From an uncultured Verrucomicrobiae bacterium (GTDB lineage: Bacteria > Verrucomicrobiota > Verrucomicrobiia > Chthoniobacterales > Terrimicrobiaceae): a stretch of 64,000 nt of DNA. Below the pieces are notes generated by a model. That model ran no database searches. It saw only the letters and a list, made by a program, of their open reading frames with translations, and was not told where the DNA came from. The position numbers and the translations under genes were made by a program. This document shows positions 28,970 through 38,453 of this stretch, piece after piece. Numbering within the stretch: the stretch's first letter is position 1; the number at the start of each line of letters is the position of its first letter. Location: NCBI GenBank assembly GCA_963706955.1, contig CAVPOC010000001.1:160001-224000 (forward strand), given 5' to 3'.

Positions 28970-29353
28970 TTACGGATCCTGTCGCAGTTGAGCCGCGGCA
29001 GACGCCAGGAGCGCATCCAGATCCTCTGGGAGGAAAGGCTTCGTGAGATGATGCTTGTAGCCTGCGGCCAAGCTTTTCTCACGGTCAGAGTGCGTGCCGA
29101 AGCCGCTCATAGCGATGCCGAAGGGTTTCGACTCAAGCTGCCGGATCAATTGCCAGCCATCGCCGTCCGGCAAACCGATGTCGCTAATAAGAATGTCGAA
29201 TTTCGACGAGGAAAATGCCTTGATGGCTGAAGCCATATCGCGAGTGCCGCGAACCTCGTGTCCTTGAATCTCCAAATACTTGGCGAGATATTTCAGGGTG
29301 TCCTCATGGTTTTCGACCAGGAGAATTCTTAACGAGCGTGAGGGGTGGTTCAT
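28970..29353 (-). CDS. Receiver-domain response regulator
   Basis: ILLVEN, ISDIGLPDGDG, HLTKPF motifs. Confidence 0.9.
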   Translation of the reverse strand: MNHPSRSLRILLVENHEDTLKYLAKYLEIQGHEVRGTRDMASAIKAFSSSKFDILISDIGLPDGDGWQLIRQLESKPFGIAMSGFGTHSDREKSLAAGYKHHLTKPFLPEDLDALLASAAAQLRQDP

Positions 29354-29362
29354 CGGTTGCGC

Positions 29363-31819
29363 TTAGCGGACTGTGGCAAGTTCAAGGGCAAAAGTTGCAC
29401 CTTGATCCTTGCCCTTGCTCCGGGCGATGAGGCTGCCGTGGTGGGCGTCCACGGTGGCTTTCGAGAGGGCGAGCCCCAAGCCGAGCCCTCCGGTTTGTCG
29501 CACCGTATCGGACTCGCCTTGTTCAAAGGGATTGAAAATACGGGTCAAGAGTTCGGGACCAATGCCGACACCGGTATCCGAGACCTCGACCACGATCGGC
29601 CCATCCTTGTTGTATGACTGAATCCGAATCTCTCCTCCTTCCGCAGTAAACTTGACCGCATTCCTGATCAAATTCCAGAAGACTTGTTGCAGGCGGGCGA
29701 AGTCGCCTAGCACCAGGCTCTTCCTTGCGAACAACTGCAGACGGAGGCGAAGATTCTTCGCATCGATCTCCGGCTGACAGGTCTTCAGCGCTTGCTCAAG
29801 CGGGACATGGACATCGAGCTGCTCGAGCTCGAGTTCGACTTTGTTCCGCGCGATTCGCGTCAGATCGAGCAGGTCCTCGATGAGGCGCGCTTCGACCTTG
29901 ATGTTGCGCTGGATCATGTCGAGCGCATCGAGCACCTCGTCGGAAAGGCCTTTCTCGGAACTGATCGCCGACACAGCCATCAACACTGGCGTCAGCGGGG
30001 TCCGCAGCTCATGGCTAAGGACGGCCAGAAACTGATCCTTCGCGCGCCCCGCAGATTCGGCTTGTTCTCGGGCGAGCTCCGCTGCGGCCAGCGCGGACTG
30101 GAGCTGTTGCTGATGGGCACGCAACTGCTCCTCGAATCTTTTGCGTTCGGTGATGTCGCGGATTACACCGATCATGCGGACAGGGCGTCCAGTCTGTTCG
30201 TCGTAATAAGCGCGCCCATGAGCTGACAACCAGCGAATCTCGCCGTCAAGCCCTGAGGAGCGGAACTCTCCCTCAAAATCCACCCTTTGTTCCTTGGCGC
30301 GCTGGAGCGCATGGTGGACGGCCTCCCGATCACTGGCGTGGAAATAACTGATGAACAGTTCGTATGAGCCCTCGTGTAGATCCGGAGGAATCCCAAGCAT
30401 TCGGTTGTGTTCCGGGGACCAATTTACAGTCTTCCCGATAGTCCAATCCCAAAAGCCAAGACCTGCAGCTTCCATGGCCAGCCGGCAACGACCCTCACTC
30501 TCCCGCAGATCGAACTGTGCGCGTTTGAGGTCGTCGACGTCCGTGTTCGAGCCAACCCATATACTTACCGTCCCGTCCGCTCTGCGCATTGGCTGCGCAC
30601 GACTCAGATGCCAGCGGTAGGTGCCGTCGACACGGCGAAAGCGATGTTCGAATTCGAAGGGAGTTCCGGTTTTGAACGCCTGATTCCAGCGGTTCACCTT
30701 TTCATCGAGGTCATCGGGATGAACAAACTCCCGCCAACCGAGACGCAGCACCTCACGCAGCGGGAGGCCCGTGTAGATCGACCATTGCTGATTGAGATAG
30801 TCGATCTCGCCATCCGGAGTTGCGGTAAATATCTTCTCTGGCAAGGCGTCCGCGAGACGCTGAAAACGTGCAACACTCTCTGCGGCGAGGGCTTCGGCCT
30901 GCTTGCGGTCGGTGATGTCGATCGCCACGCCGCGCCAAACGCCACCCTCGCTTGTCTCGCCAGAGGGAATTACCCGTCCCGTTGCGACGATCCAATGCAC
31001 CGCGCTGTCCGGCCAAACACATCGAACTTCAAGCTTGAAGGTGTTCTGATGGTGCAAGCTTTTCTGCAGCGCATGTGCGATTCGCTCACGATCATCTGAA
31101 TGGATTGTGTCCAGAAACCGCTGAAGTGTCATTTTTGTTTCGTTTGCACCTCCGAACATCTGCCGGCAGCGCTCCGACCAGACGAATTCGTCATTGGAGA
31201 TATTCCACTCCCACGTGCCAATGGCGGCGCACTCGACGGCCAGTTGGAACTGTTCCTCCTTTTCTCGTGAGGCGATCCTGTTACGATGATGCGCGATTGC
31301 TATGCTTGCTAAGAGTGTGGCCATAGTAGCGAGCGGCTCCCAGCGAGGCATAGAATCGCGGAGACGATGGTAGATCGCGAAAGACCCGACTACACGTCCC
31401 TCGAGATCAATGATCGGTTTGGACTGGCAGCACCGCAAGCCATGCGCGAGGCAATCATCACGCCAACGGCTGCCGAGCCACCGTTGATCGCTCTCAATAT
31501 CTTCGACGATTGTCGTTTCACCCTTGCGTGCCGCTAAAACACATGGACTGCCCTCTGATTCCTGGATCTTCGCCCCAATTCCAGGTCTGATAGTTTCCGG
31601 CAAACTCGGTCCGGCGCTCTGAGTTATGATGCTGCGAGCCGAATCGATTACCAAGATCTCGCACGAAAGTTCATCGACCTCGCTCTCGGCAGCAAGTGCA
31701 ATCTTATCAAGTATTTGTTCCAAGGGAGTGTCGTCGACTATGCCTTGCAAGACGGCAGCGTGGTCTCGCCAGGCACGAAGATTCTGCTCCTTGTCGCTCC
31801 GCATCGACATCGCATACAA
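29363..31819 (-). CDS. GAF + 3 PAS sensor histidine kinase
   Basis: LSHELRTPL, NLIRNAVKFT, DTGVG, GGLGLGL motifs; PAS/PAC repeats. Confidence 0.95.
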   Translation of the reverse strand: MYAMSMRSDKEQNLRAWRDHAAVLQGIVDDTPLEQILDKIALAAESEVDELSCEILVIDSARSIITQSAGPSLPETIRPGIGAKIQESEGSPCVLAARKGETTIVEDIESDQRWLGSRWRDDCLAHGLRCCQSKPIIDLEGRVVGSFAIYHRLRDSMPRWEPLATMATLLASIAIAHHRNRIASREKEEQFQLAVECAAIGTWEWNISNDEFVWSERCRQMFGGANETKMTLQRFLDTIHSDDRERIAHALQKSLHHQNTFKLEVRCVWPDSAVHWIVATGRVIPSGETSEGGVWRGVAIDITDRKQAEALAAESVARFQRLADALPEKIFTATPDGEIDYLNQQWSIYTGLPLREVLRLGWREFVHPDDLDEKVNRWNQAFKTGTPFEFEHRFRRVDGTYRWHLSRAQPMRRADGTVSIWVGSNTDVDDLKRAQFDLRESEGRCRLAMEAAGLGFWDWTIGKTVNWSPEHNRMLGIPPDLHEGSYELFISYFHASDREAVHHALQRAKEQRVDFEGEFRSSGLDGEIRWLSAHGRAYYDEQTGRPVRMIGVIRDITERKRFEEQLRAHQQQLQSALAAAELAREQAESAGRAKDQFLAVLSHELRTPLTPVLMAVSAISSEKGLSDEVLDALDMIQRNIKVEARLIEDLLDLTRIARNKVELELEQLDVHVPLEQALKTCQPEIDAKNLRLRLQLFARKSLVLGDFARLQQVFWNLIRNAVKFTAEGGEIRIQSYNKDGPIVVEVSDTGVGIGPELLTRIFNPFEQGESDTVRQTGGLGLGLALSKATVDAHHGSLIARSKGKDQGATFALELATVR

Positions 31820-31979
31820 GATCGTCCCCCGGTGATCGGATCACGGGAGTGGGCTGCGTGTGTCCGCGCCGGATACCCTTATCGGGAACGCCCCGTTATC
31901 GACTGTCCGGCATGGATCGGGTGGGGAAAACATGGGCCGCCTTGAGGCTGGTGGTCGATACCGATAGAAAGGAAATCCA

Positions 31980-32406
31980 ATGGCAAAGAAAAAAGAAAAT
32001 CCACTTCGGAAAACGATGCATTGCAAAGAGCTCGCCTCTGAGAAACCAAAACCTTTGCAGGAGAAAAGCACTCGTGCAGGAGGCGGGTGAAACGATGCGA
32101 TCTCTTCAGACCGAGCGCTTTCCGGTGGCTGCCGGAGATCGGCTTGTTGGCACCGTCGAGGGCAAATACCCTGAGCGAGCAGCAGCCGCCCACGGTCACG
32201 ATCCCAAGACAACCTTGGTTCGTGGCAGTATGGCGAAAAAGATGTACTACTGCTTCGAGGATCAGTCACTCGAGGAGGCGCGCGAGCTTATGCGCCGCCA
32301 CGAGTTATTCCACCTGCCGGTCGTGGATAAGGACCTACGCATTGTCGGCCTCGTTGCTCTGAACGACGTCGAGGATGAAAACGTCCAGGGGGACGTTTCA
32401 TCCTAA
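31980..32406 (+). CDS. CBS-domain protein, +1 frameshift near 32071
   Basis: AAAGGA RBS, MAKKKENP...QEKST, then VQEAGETM...FPV...HLPVVD...IVGLV in the +1 frame. Confidence 0.75.
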
Positions 32407-32423
32407 ATAGCTTGTTTCGAGTG

Positions 32424-32771
32424 CTATTCTACCGGAGGACCTGACGGAGAATCCAGCAGCGGCTCACGTTCCTCACTGGCTGACCAGTTCTCGCCGCGAT
32501 TTTGCTGAATGAGCTCAAAAAGCTTTACCGCGCCGAAGACGAGAATAAGTGGCTTGAGAGCAAATAGAAAAAGCCTGATCAGAATCCCCAGGAAGAATGT
32601 GATCGGGAAAAAGCGCAGCAGATAGCCCACGGACATGCCGAGCGAGACCGCGGCTAGCGGTGAAGAGCGCACCCTCTCTTCGAAGTCTTGCAGGCATTGC
32701 GTACACGACTCGTTTAGATTTTGGAATGTCTGTTTGATCGTGGATTCGAGAGACGAGTTTTCTGAGTTCAT
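32424..32771 (-). CDS. Small membrane protein (DUF883/ElaB-like)
   Basis: VRSSPLAAVSLGMSVGYLL segment. Confidence 0.55.
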   Translation of the reverse strand: MNSENSSLESTIKQTFQNLNESCTQCLQDFEERVRSSPLAAVSLGMSVGYLLRFFPITFFLGILIRLFLFALKPLILVFGAVKLFELIQQNRGENWSASEEREPLLDSPSGPPVE

Positions 32772-32778
32772 AGATTGG

Positions 32779-33204
32779 TCACCACCATTTTAGTTTCTTG
32801 CCGAGTTGGTTGGCCTGCTCGAGAAAGGCCGCCTGGCACCATTGGGCGGTAGCTTTCTTCGCTTGGGGAAACTTTTCGGCGAGATGGGGAATCTTCTCGG
32901 CGAGCTGGGGAAGTTTCTCAGCAAGCTGCGGGATTTTCTCGGCGATCTGCGGAAGTTTTTCACTTAGCTGGCCATAGGCATTCTCGAGCCATTCCTTTGC
33001 TATCTCTGCAGGTTCTTTTGGTCGGCGCCGCCGACTTAACGCAGCGCCAATGAGCGCGCCGATGATGAGAGCGATAAAAACAGCGGGAAGATAGCTTTCG
33101 CGCCTCCGATGAGACCTCCAGACTTCCTCTGCAGTTTCGTAGTCGGGAAAGCTCCCTGAAGATTCAGGATCTGATCCGTAGTGCGAAGGCGGGTATGACA
33201 TCAT
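32779..33204 (-). CDS. Single-TM hypothetical protein with EKxPQxA heptad repeats
   Basis: TM segment LIIGALIGAAL; five 7-aa repeats. Confidence 0.65.
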   Translation of the reverse strand: MMSYPPSHYGSDPESSGSFPDYETAEEVWRSHRRRESYLPAVFIALIIGALIGAALSRRRRPKEPAEIAKEWLENAYGQLSEKLPQIAEKIPQLAEKLPQLAEKIPHLAEKFPQAKKATAQWCQAAFLEQANQLGKKLKWW

Positions 33205-33270
33205 ATTGTTGGCTTTCGGCTGTCGGTGCAGCTTTGGTTGTTTTTCTGAACTATATTATCACATCCCGCT

Positions 33271-34290
33271 GTGGCAATCCCAACGATTCACATGATGTTT
33301 TCTCTGTCTGATTATCGAGACTGGGCGGCGAGTCTCTTTCGGGTTCGTCTCGTGTCGCGGATCCTCTGCCCTCTCATCGGGCTCGCCTTTCTTCTCGGCT
33401 TCCCGACCGCGTTCGCTCAGACCACGTCGAAACAGCCAAAGACCAAGACGACTAGCCAGACGAAGTCGAGCACTTCAAGCAAATCGGGGACGAAAAGCGC
33501 GGCCGGATCCAAATCGCAAAGTGGAGCGAAGACGAGTTCGAAATCCTCGACTCAGTCAACCTCACCAACGGGCAACAAACAGAAGTCCACCGCGGGCTCT
33601 TCGGCGAAAGCGCAGACTGCCTCTCCTGACTCACAAGACGCCGACGAAAACAAAGCGCAGAGTTCTGAGGAGCCGCAACCCCCCTCTTCGAGTGAGGCGG
33701 CTCAGGCAACTCCCTCACCTTCGCCGTCTCCGACCACGGCAGATGTCTCCTCATTGAAACCTGATGATTTGCGGAGTTTTTACAACAATCCGCCAGAAGT
33801 TCAGCAACTCTTGACGGCGGCGCTCGAATTGACCGAGCAAAACCTTAGCTATCTTTATGGCTCGGCAGAACCGACGCGCGGAGGCATGGACTGCTCGGGA
33901 ACAATCTATTTTCTACTTCAAAAAATGGGAGTGTCAGACGTTCCGCGAACCGCGAGTCAACAATACGTATGGGTTCGCAGAGCTGATGTCTTTCACCCTG
34001 TGGTGAGCACTCACATGGATAGCTTTGAACTCGACGCGCTACGTCCCGGGCATCTTCTATTCTGGACAGGGACATATTCGGCCGACGTCGATCCGCCGGT
34101 GACCCATACCATGATTTACCTCGGGAAAGCGCGCTCAGACGGTCGCCCGCTGATGGTTGGTGCCAGCGACGGCCGGACGTTTCGTGGTGACAAAAAGTTC
34201 GGCGTGAGCGTCTTTGACTTTGTCATTCCGAAGCCGGAGGGCAGAAATCCCATGAGTCGCTTCATTGGCTACGCGGAGATTCCGCGGTAG
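33271..34290 (+). CDS. NlpC/P60 cell-wall peptidase (true start probably GTG near 33352)
   Basis: YLYG, GMDCSG, VPRTASQQ, THTMIY motifs; signal peptide plus Ser/Thr/Lys-rich linker. Confidence 0.85.
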   Translation: MAIPTIHMMFSLSDYRDWAASLFRVRLVSRILCPLIGLAFLLGFPTAFAQTTSKQPKTKTTSQTKSSTSSKSGTKSAAGSKSQSGAKTSSKSSTQSTSPTGNKQKSTAGSSAKAQTASPDSQDADENKAQSSEEPQPPSSSEAAQATPSPSPSPTTADVSSLKPDDLRSFYNNPPEVQQLLTAALELTEQNLSYLYGSAEPTRGGMDCSGTIYFLLQKMGVSDVPRTASQQYVWVRRADVFHPVVSTHMDSFELDALRPGHLLFWTGTYSADVDPPVTHTMIYLGKARSDGRPLMVGASDGRTFRGDKKFGVSVFDFVIPKPEGRNPMSRFIGYAEIPR

Positions 34291-34295
34291 AAAGC

Positions 34296-35015
34296 TCAGG
34301 GTGCGGTGTGTGCCTCGTTGCGATGGATGCGCCAGGAGGTGGGGCAGGCGCTGGCGAACAGGTCGGATCCTTCCCAGAGCCGCTGCGCGCCGACATACGC
34401 ATTTCGGTTGTCAACGCAGCGGCAGTTTGCCGGCAAAGGATCGATGAACTGTGCGTTTCCGCCTCCGAGAATCGTCTCGTCCGGCTTCACGACATTTTGC
34501 AAGATTTCGACAGCCTCCACAACGGCTTCTGTCCAAAGCTCCTGCCCGTGGGTTTTCAGGGCGAGTTTAGTGACTCGGTCCATGAGCCGGGTCTTGCGCG
34601 AGAGCTTAATGAGCCCGACTTCGATGGGAACAACAATGTCATCGACAATCACGGTGGCTCCTATGCTGGTCCCAAACCCGAGGAAGAGAAGTCTCCCACT
34701 CCCGTAGTTGCCCAGAGCTTGCATCGCCGCGTCATTGATGCAGCGTACCGGCTTGCCAAAGGCCTTGGAGTAGTCAAATCCGACCCACCCATCACCCAAG
34801 TTGTGCGGTTCGCAAGCGGGCCAGCCATTCTCGACGAGTCCGGGGAAACCGAGGGAAATTCGATCAAAATCGAGCCCAGCCGAAAGCTCCAGAACCCCAC
34901 GCACCATTTCATTTGCGGTGAGCTTATCTCCTGATGGAAATCTACGCAGCTGATCATCATAGGAGACCATCACCTTGACGTTGGTTCCACCGACATCGAC
35001 CATCAGCACATTCAT
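34296..35015 (-). CDS. ROK-family kinase (polyphosphate glucokinase-like)
   Basis: DVGGTNVK, GFPG, NDAAMQA, GFGTSIG, LGGGN motifs. Confidence 0.85.
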   Translation of the reverse strand: MNVLMVDVGGTNVKVMVSYDDQLRRFPSGDKLTANEMVRGVLELSAGLDFDRISLGFPGLVENGWPACEPHNLGDGWVGFDYSKAFGKPVRCINDAAMQALGNYGSGRLLFLGFGTSIGATVIVDDIVVPIEVGLIKLSRKTRLMDRVTKLALKTHGQELWTEAVVEAVEILQNVVKPDETILGGGNAQFIDPLPANCRCVDNRNAYVGAQRLWEGSDLFASACPTSWRIHRNEAHTAP

Positions 35016-35272
35016 TGGGGAGCCTCCACGCGCACAAGCCGATTGGAGTAAAAATCATCGGGTGACTCGATCAGTTTTCTAAGTTCCGCGTGAGCGACTT
35101 TCTCTGCCGGTACCGTCATGCCATCATTGTCAGTTGCCAATGGCCACCATTTCATGGAACTTTAATCGACTACGCACTTCGCATCGCGTGTAAGAGCCCG
35201 GGAACAATAACTCTCCAAGGTACGGTTCGCGCAGCAAGCGGGTTCAAGCAACCTACCAGATCCTTTCTTTCG

Positions 35273-35689
35273 ATGACATTCGACCACGTGCCAGACGATA
35301 TGGAATTTACGCCGAGCCACGAGTGGGTTCGAATTGATGGCGAGAGTGCGGTTGTGGGAATCACGGCGTGCCATTCGCAAATAGCCGGTAAGATCCTACG
35401 CGTCAAACTTCCGGAAATCTCTTCCGCCGCTAAGACCGGAGACATCGTGGCAACGATTTGCTCCGCCGATGGTGAGCGAGAAGTTCGCGCTCCGATTAGC
35501 GGAACTGTGCTCGAAGTAAATCGCAATCTTGAGACGAATCCGCAGCGGGTTGTGGACGACCCCTACGCCGAGGGTTGGCTCTTCCGTTTAAAGATCGAAG
35601 CAGGGGAGGAGCTTGAGCACCTCCTCGGGGCGAACCTTTACCGTGAACACGTGCGTGTCGAGGACACCCTCGATGTCGAAAGCCCTTAG
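35273..35689 (+). CDS. Glycine cleavage H-protein paralog lacking the lipoyl lysine
   Basis: SHEWVR, VGIT, APISG.VLEVN, DPYAEGWL motifs; ESVK site replaced by CSAD. Confidence 0.85.
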   Translation: MTFDHVPDDMEFTPSHEWVRIDGESAVVGITACHSQIAGKILRVKLPEISSAAKTGDIVATICSADGEREVRAPISGTVLEVNRNLETNPQRVVDDPYAEGWLFRLKIEAGEELEHLLGANLYREHVRVEDTLDVESP

Positions 35690-36058
35690 CGGAAGATCAC
35701 TCGATAATACGTCGGTAGGGAAGGTGCCCTTCGAACGACGCTCGGAATACAGAAGGAATTCCGAGATCAGCTTCCAACAGGAACGAACTTCGAGTCCGCC
35801 GCTTCGGTCGAGAATTGCCCAAATCTTCCCGCGGCGATTTGGTTCCAATGGACGGCTTGGCCGCTTTTTTCATGGCTTCTAGGGCGAGCCAGCACAAACC
35901 CGCTAGACCGCTAGCTTAATTGCGCTTCTCTGTCTCTGCAATCGGGGAAGGCCCTGACCCGGCGTTAAGGTCTTAACACCATCTTACGAGCAGTAGTGAC
36001 GGGGCATTGAACTCCCAAACGCCATGGGCGATGGTTTTACGGAAAGGAGGTCAGGGAA

Positions 36059-36439
36059 ATGAGCAAAGTGCTTTTCGCAGTTTTGACTGCTCTGTGTCTG
36101 GCCGGATGTGTTGTTGACGAATACGGCCGCGTCTTACCACCCGATCCAGTTGGACAGGCGCTGTTCACCGCACTCGATCCGGCGGTGCCCGTCTACGAAC
36201 CGCGCGAGTATGTGGTTAATAACGATATTCCAGCCGCCGGCTATGAGCGAAGAACGGTCGCTCCAGTCTCCTATTCTGATTCAGTGTGGGTGAATGGATA
36301 CTATGGCTGGGGTGGGAACGATTGGGTTTGGGTTCCAGGGAGGTGGGTGCAGCGTCCCCGCCGTGATTTGGTCTGGAATGATCCGCGCTATTACGTAAGC
36401 GACGGGCGTCGCTATTGGCGCTCCGGCTACTGGCAATAG
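36059..36439 (+). CDS. Lipoprotein with YXWGXW-like repeats
   Basis: AAAGGAGG RBS, LAGC lipobox, WVNGYYGW/WVWVPGRW/WRSGYW. Confidence 0.8.
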   Translation: MSKVLFAVLTALCLAGCVVDEYGRVLPPDPVGQALFTALDPAVPVYEPREYVVNNDIPAAGYERRTVAPVSYSDSVWVNGYYGWGGNDWVWVPGRWVQRPRRDLVWNDPRYYVSDGRRYWRSGYWQ

Positions 36440-36452
36440 GGAGAGGAAGCCG

Positions 36453-36893
36453 CTACTCGCGGTCGATTTCGTTCGGCAGTTCATTGCGGTCGTCAGGTTG
36501 CCGTGGAAAGTGGCGAGCGAGAAGGTCGCCGGCCATCCAGATGCCGGTGACGACCGCTTCGGTGAAACGACCGGCCTGGAGCTTGTCGGCCATCATCGAG
36601 GCGATTTCGTGCCAGAGGTCGGCGCCGAATTTTTCATGGACGCCCTTATCGCCGATAATCGCAAATTGCTGAGAGCGTGGAGCGAAATAAAGCAGGACGG
36701 CGTTGCGATCCCGAGTCGCGCCCATCCCGAGCTTCTCGAAACGGCCTGCCGCGCGACCGATGATGTCATCTGCCCCGACGTCACGAGCGGTGACAAAGAC
36801 ACGGATCTCGCCGGAGGTCCTGCTTTCCGCCTGCTGAATAGCCTGAACAACCGCAGCCTCGTCGAGTTGGCGGAGAAAGTCGTGAGTTCTCAC
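36453..36893 (-). CDS. TPM-domain protein (small)
   Basis: AESRTSGEIRV, TRDRNAVL, IIGDKG, NELPNEI motifs; GTG start. Confidence 0.88.
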   Translation of the reverse strand: MRTHDFLRQLDEAAVVQAIQQAESRTSGEIRVFVTARDVGADDIIGRAAGRFEKLGMGATRDRNAVLLYFAPRSQQFAIIGDKGVHEKFGADLWHEIASMMADKLQAGRFTEAVVTGIWMAGDLLARHFPRQPDDRNELPNEIDRE

Positions 36894-36900
36894 TGCTGCC

Positions 36901-37702
36901 CTACCATCTTCCGCTGGCGCCTCCACCACCAAAGCTCCCACCGCCGCCGCTAAACCCTCCCCCTCCAAAACTTCCTCCGCCACCGCCACGGCCGGTCCAA
37001 CCTCCCCCCATTGGCGGAATCCAAACTGTCCGTCGTCCGCGGGGGCCGTAGAAAGTACCGCGTCGTGCAACGTTCCGATTGGCGGCGACTATCATAAGCA
37101 GAACGAGAATGAATAACAGAAACACGAGCCAACTGCCCTGCAGCCTCTTCTCCGCGATCGGCGTTGGTCCGGCCGGAGCCGCGATATTCTCCGCGCGTGG
37201 CCTGAAGTATTGCGTTCACCCCGCGGCTGATTCCAGTGTTGAAGTCCCCTGCTCGGAAAGCGGGGAGCAATTCGTTTTCGATGATGCGCTTCGTGACGAT
37301 GTCTGGCAGCACTCCCTCGAGCCCGTAGCCGACCTCAATGCGCGTTACGCGATCGCGAGGGAAAACGAAAAGAACAACACCATTATCGTCTTTGCTTTGC
37401 CCGACACCCCAAGCCTCGGCGGTGCGTTGCGTAAAATCTTCCAAGGCATATCCGTCGGGAATTCTTGGGAAGGTGGCGACGAGCACTTGATTCGAGGTTT
37501 CCCTTTCGAACGCCTCCAGACGTTGGTTCAATGCCGCGACGAGCTGCGGCGAGAGAATACCCGCTGCATCGACCACATATCCGGTCGGTTTCGACGGGAG
37601 TGGATCAGCGCCGAAAAGCAAGCCCCTTCCGACGATGAGAACCGCCAGAAGCAAAAGCCACTGGCGGAGCGGATGATCGTTCATCCTTGAGAGGATCGGC
37701 AC
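36901..37702 (-). CDS. TPM-domain protein YgcG-like, +1 frameshift near 37135
   Basis: WGVGQSKDDNGV, RIEVGYGLEG; TM segment and Gly-rich GGGASGRW tail in the +1 frame. Confidence 0.85.
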
Positions 37703-37711
37703 ATCGCCGCG

Positions 37712-38356
37712 CTATGGATTGGTGGCAGGCGTTGGCGATGGGCGAGGAGATCCGCCGAAGTTGAAATCCACCTGCGGAGCCAACTCTGCTCCTTCGCGTG
37801 CAGTGAAGTAGGGTCTGGGCGAAAAGCCAAGAAGTCCGGCAAACAGCGCGGTCGGCATTGTTTGCACGGCTGTGTTGTAGGTCTGAACCGTTTCATTAAA
37901 TTTGCGGCGCTCCACCGCAATCCGGTTCTCAGTTCCCTCGAGCTGGGCCTGCAGTTCTTGGAAATTCGCGTTTGCCTTCAATTCCGGATAACGTTCCACC
38001 ACCACAAGCAACCGAGAAAGCGTGTTGGACAGCTGATCTTGGGTTTGCTGGAACCGTTGGAGGGTTTGTGGATCGGAGGGCGCCACATTTGGATCGACCT
38101 GGACGTTGGTCACTTGCTGGCGCGCTTGGATCACGTCGGTAAGTGTCGTTTTCTCGAAATTCGCCGCGCCCTCCACGGTGCGGACAAGATTTGGGATAAG
38201 ATCAGCGCGCCGCTGGTAGACATTTTGAACGTCTGCCCAGCTGCGATCGACTTGCTGCTTTAAACCGACAAGTCTGTTGTAAGTTCCACAGCCGCCGATA
38301 AGAACAACCACAACAAGGATTGCGAGGATCGCTAGAATTGCGAGAAAGCCTTTCAT
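37712..38356 (-). CDS. lemA: LemA family protein
   Basis: YQRRADLIPNLV, YPELKAN, LEGTENRI motifs. Confidence 0.95.
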   Translation of the reverse strand: MKGFLAILAILAILVVVVLIGGCGTYNRLVGLKQQVDRSWADVQNVYQRRADLIPNLVRTVEGAANFEKTTLTDVIQARQQVTNVQVDPNVAPSDPQTLQRFQQTQDQLSNTLSRLLVVVERYPELKANANFQELQAQLEGTENRIAVERRKFNETVQTYNTAVQTMPTALFAGLLGFSPRPYFTAREGAELAPQVDFNFGGSPRPSPTPATNP

Positions 38357-38453
38357 GGGCGAATTTTAGCCGGATATCGTTCGGAAAAGCGAGTGCGGAT
38401 GCGTGCTTTCCATGAAGGCGGCCGCGGTCGTGGCGCGTAACGAAGTAGGCTGT

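Noticed and set aside
35697..35873. 58-aa basic minus-strand ORF (MKKAAKPS...)
   Set aside because: No motif or clear RBS; cannot be supported.
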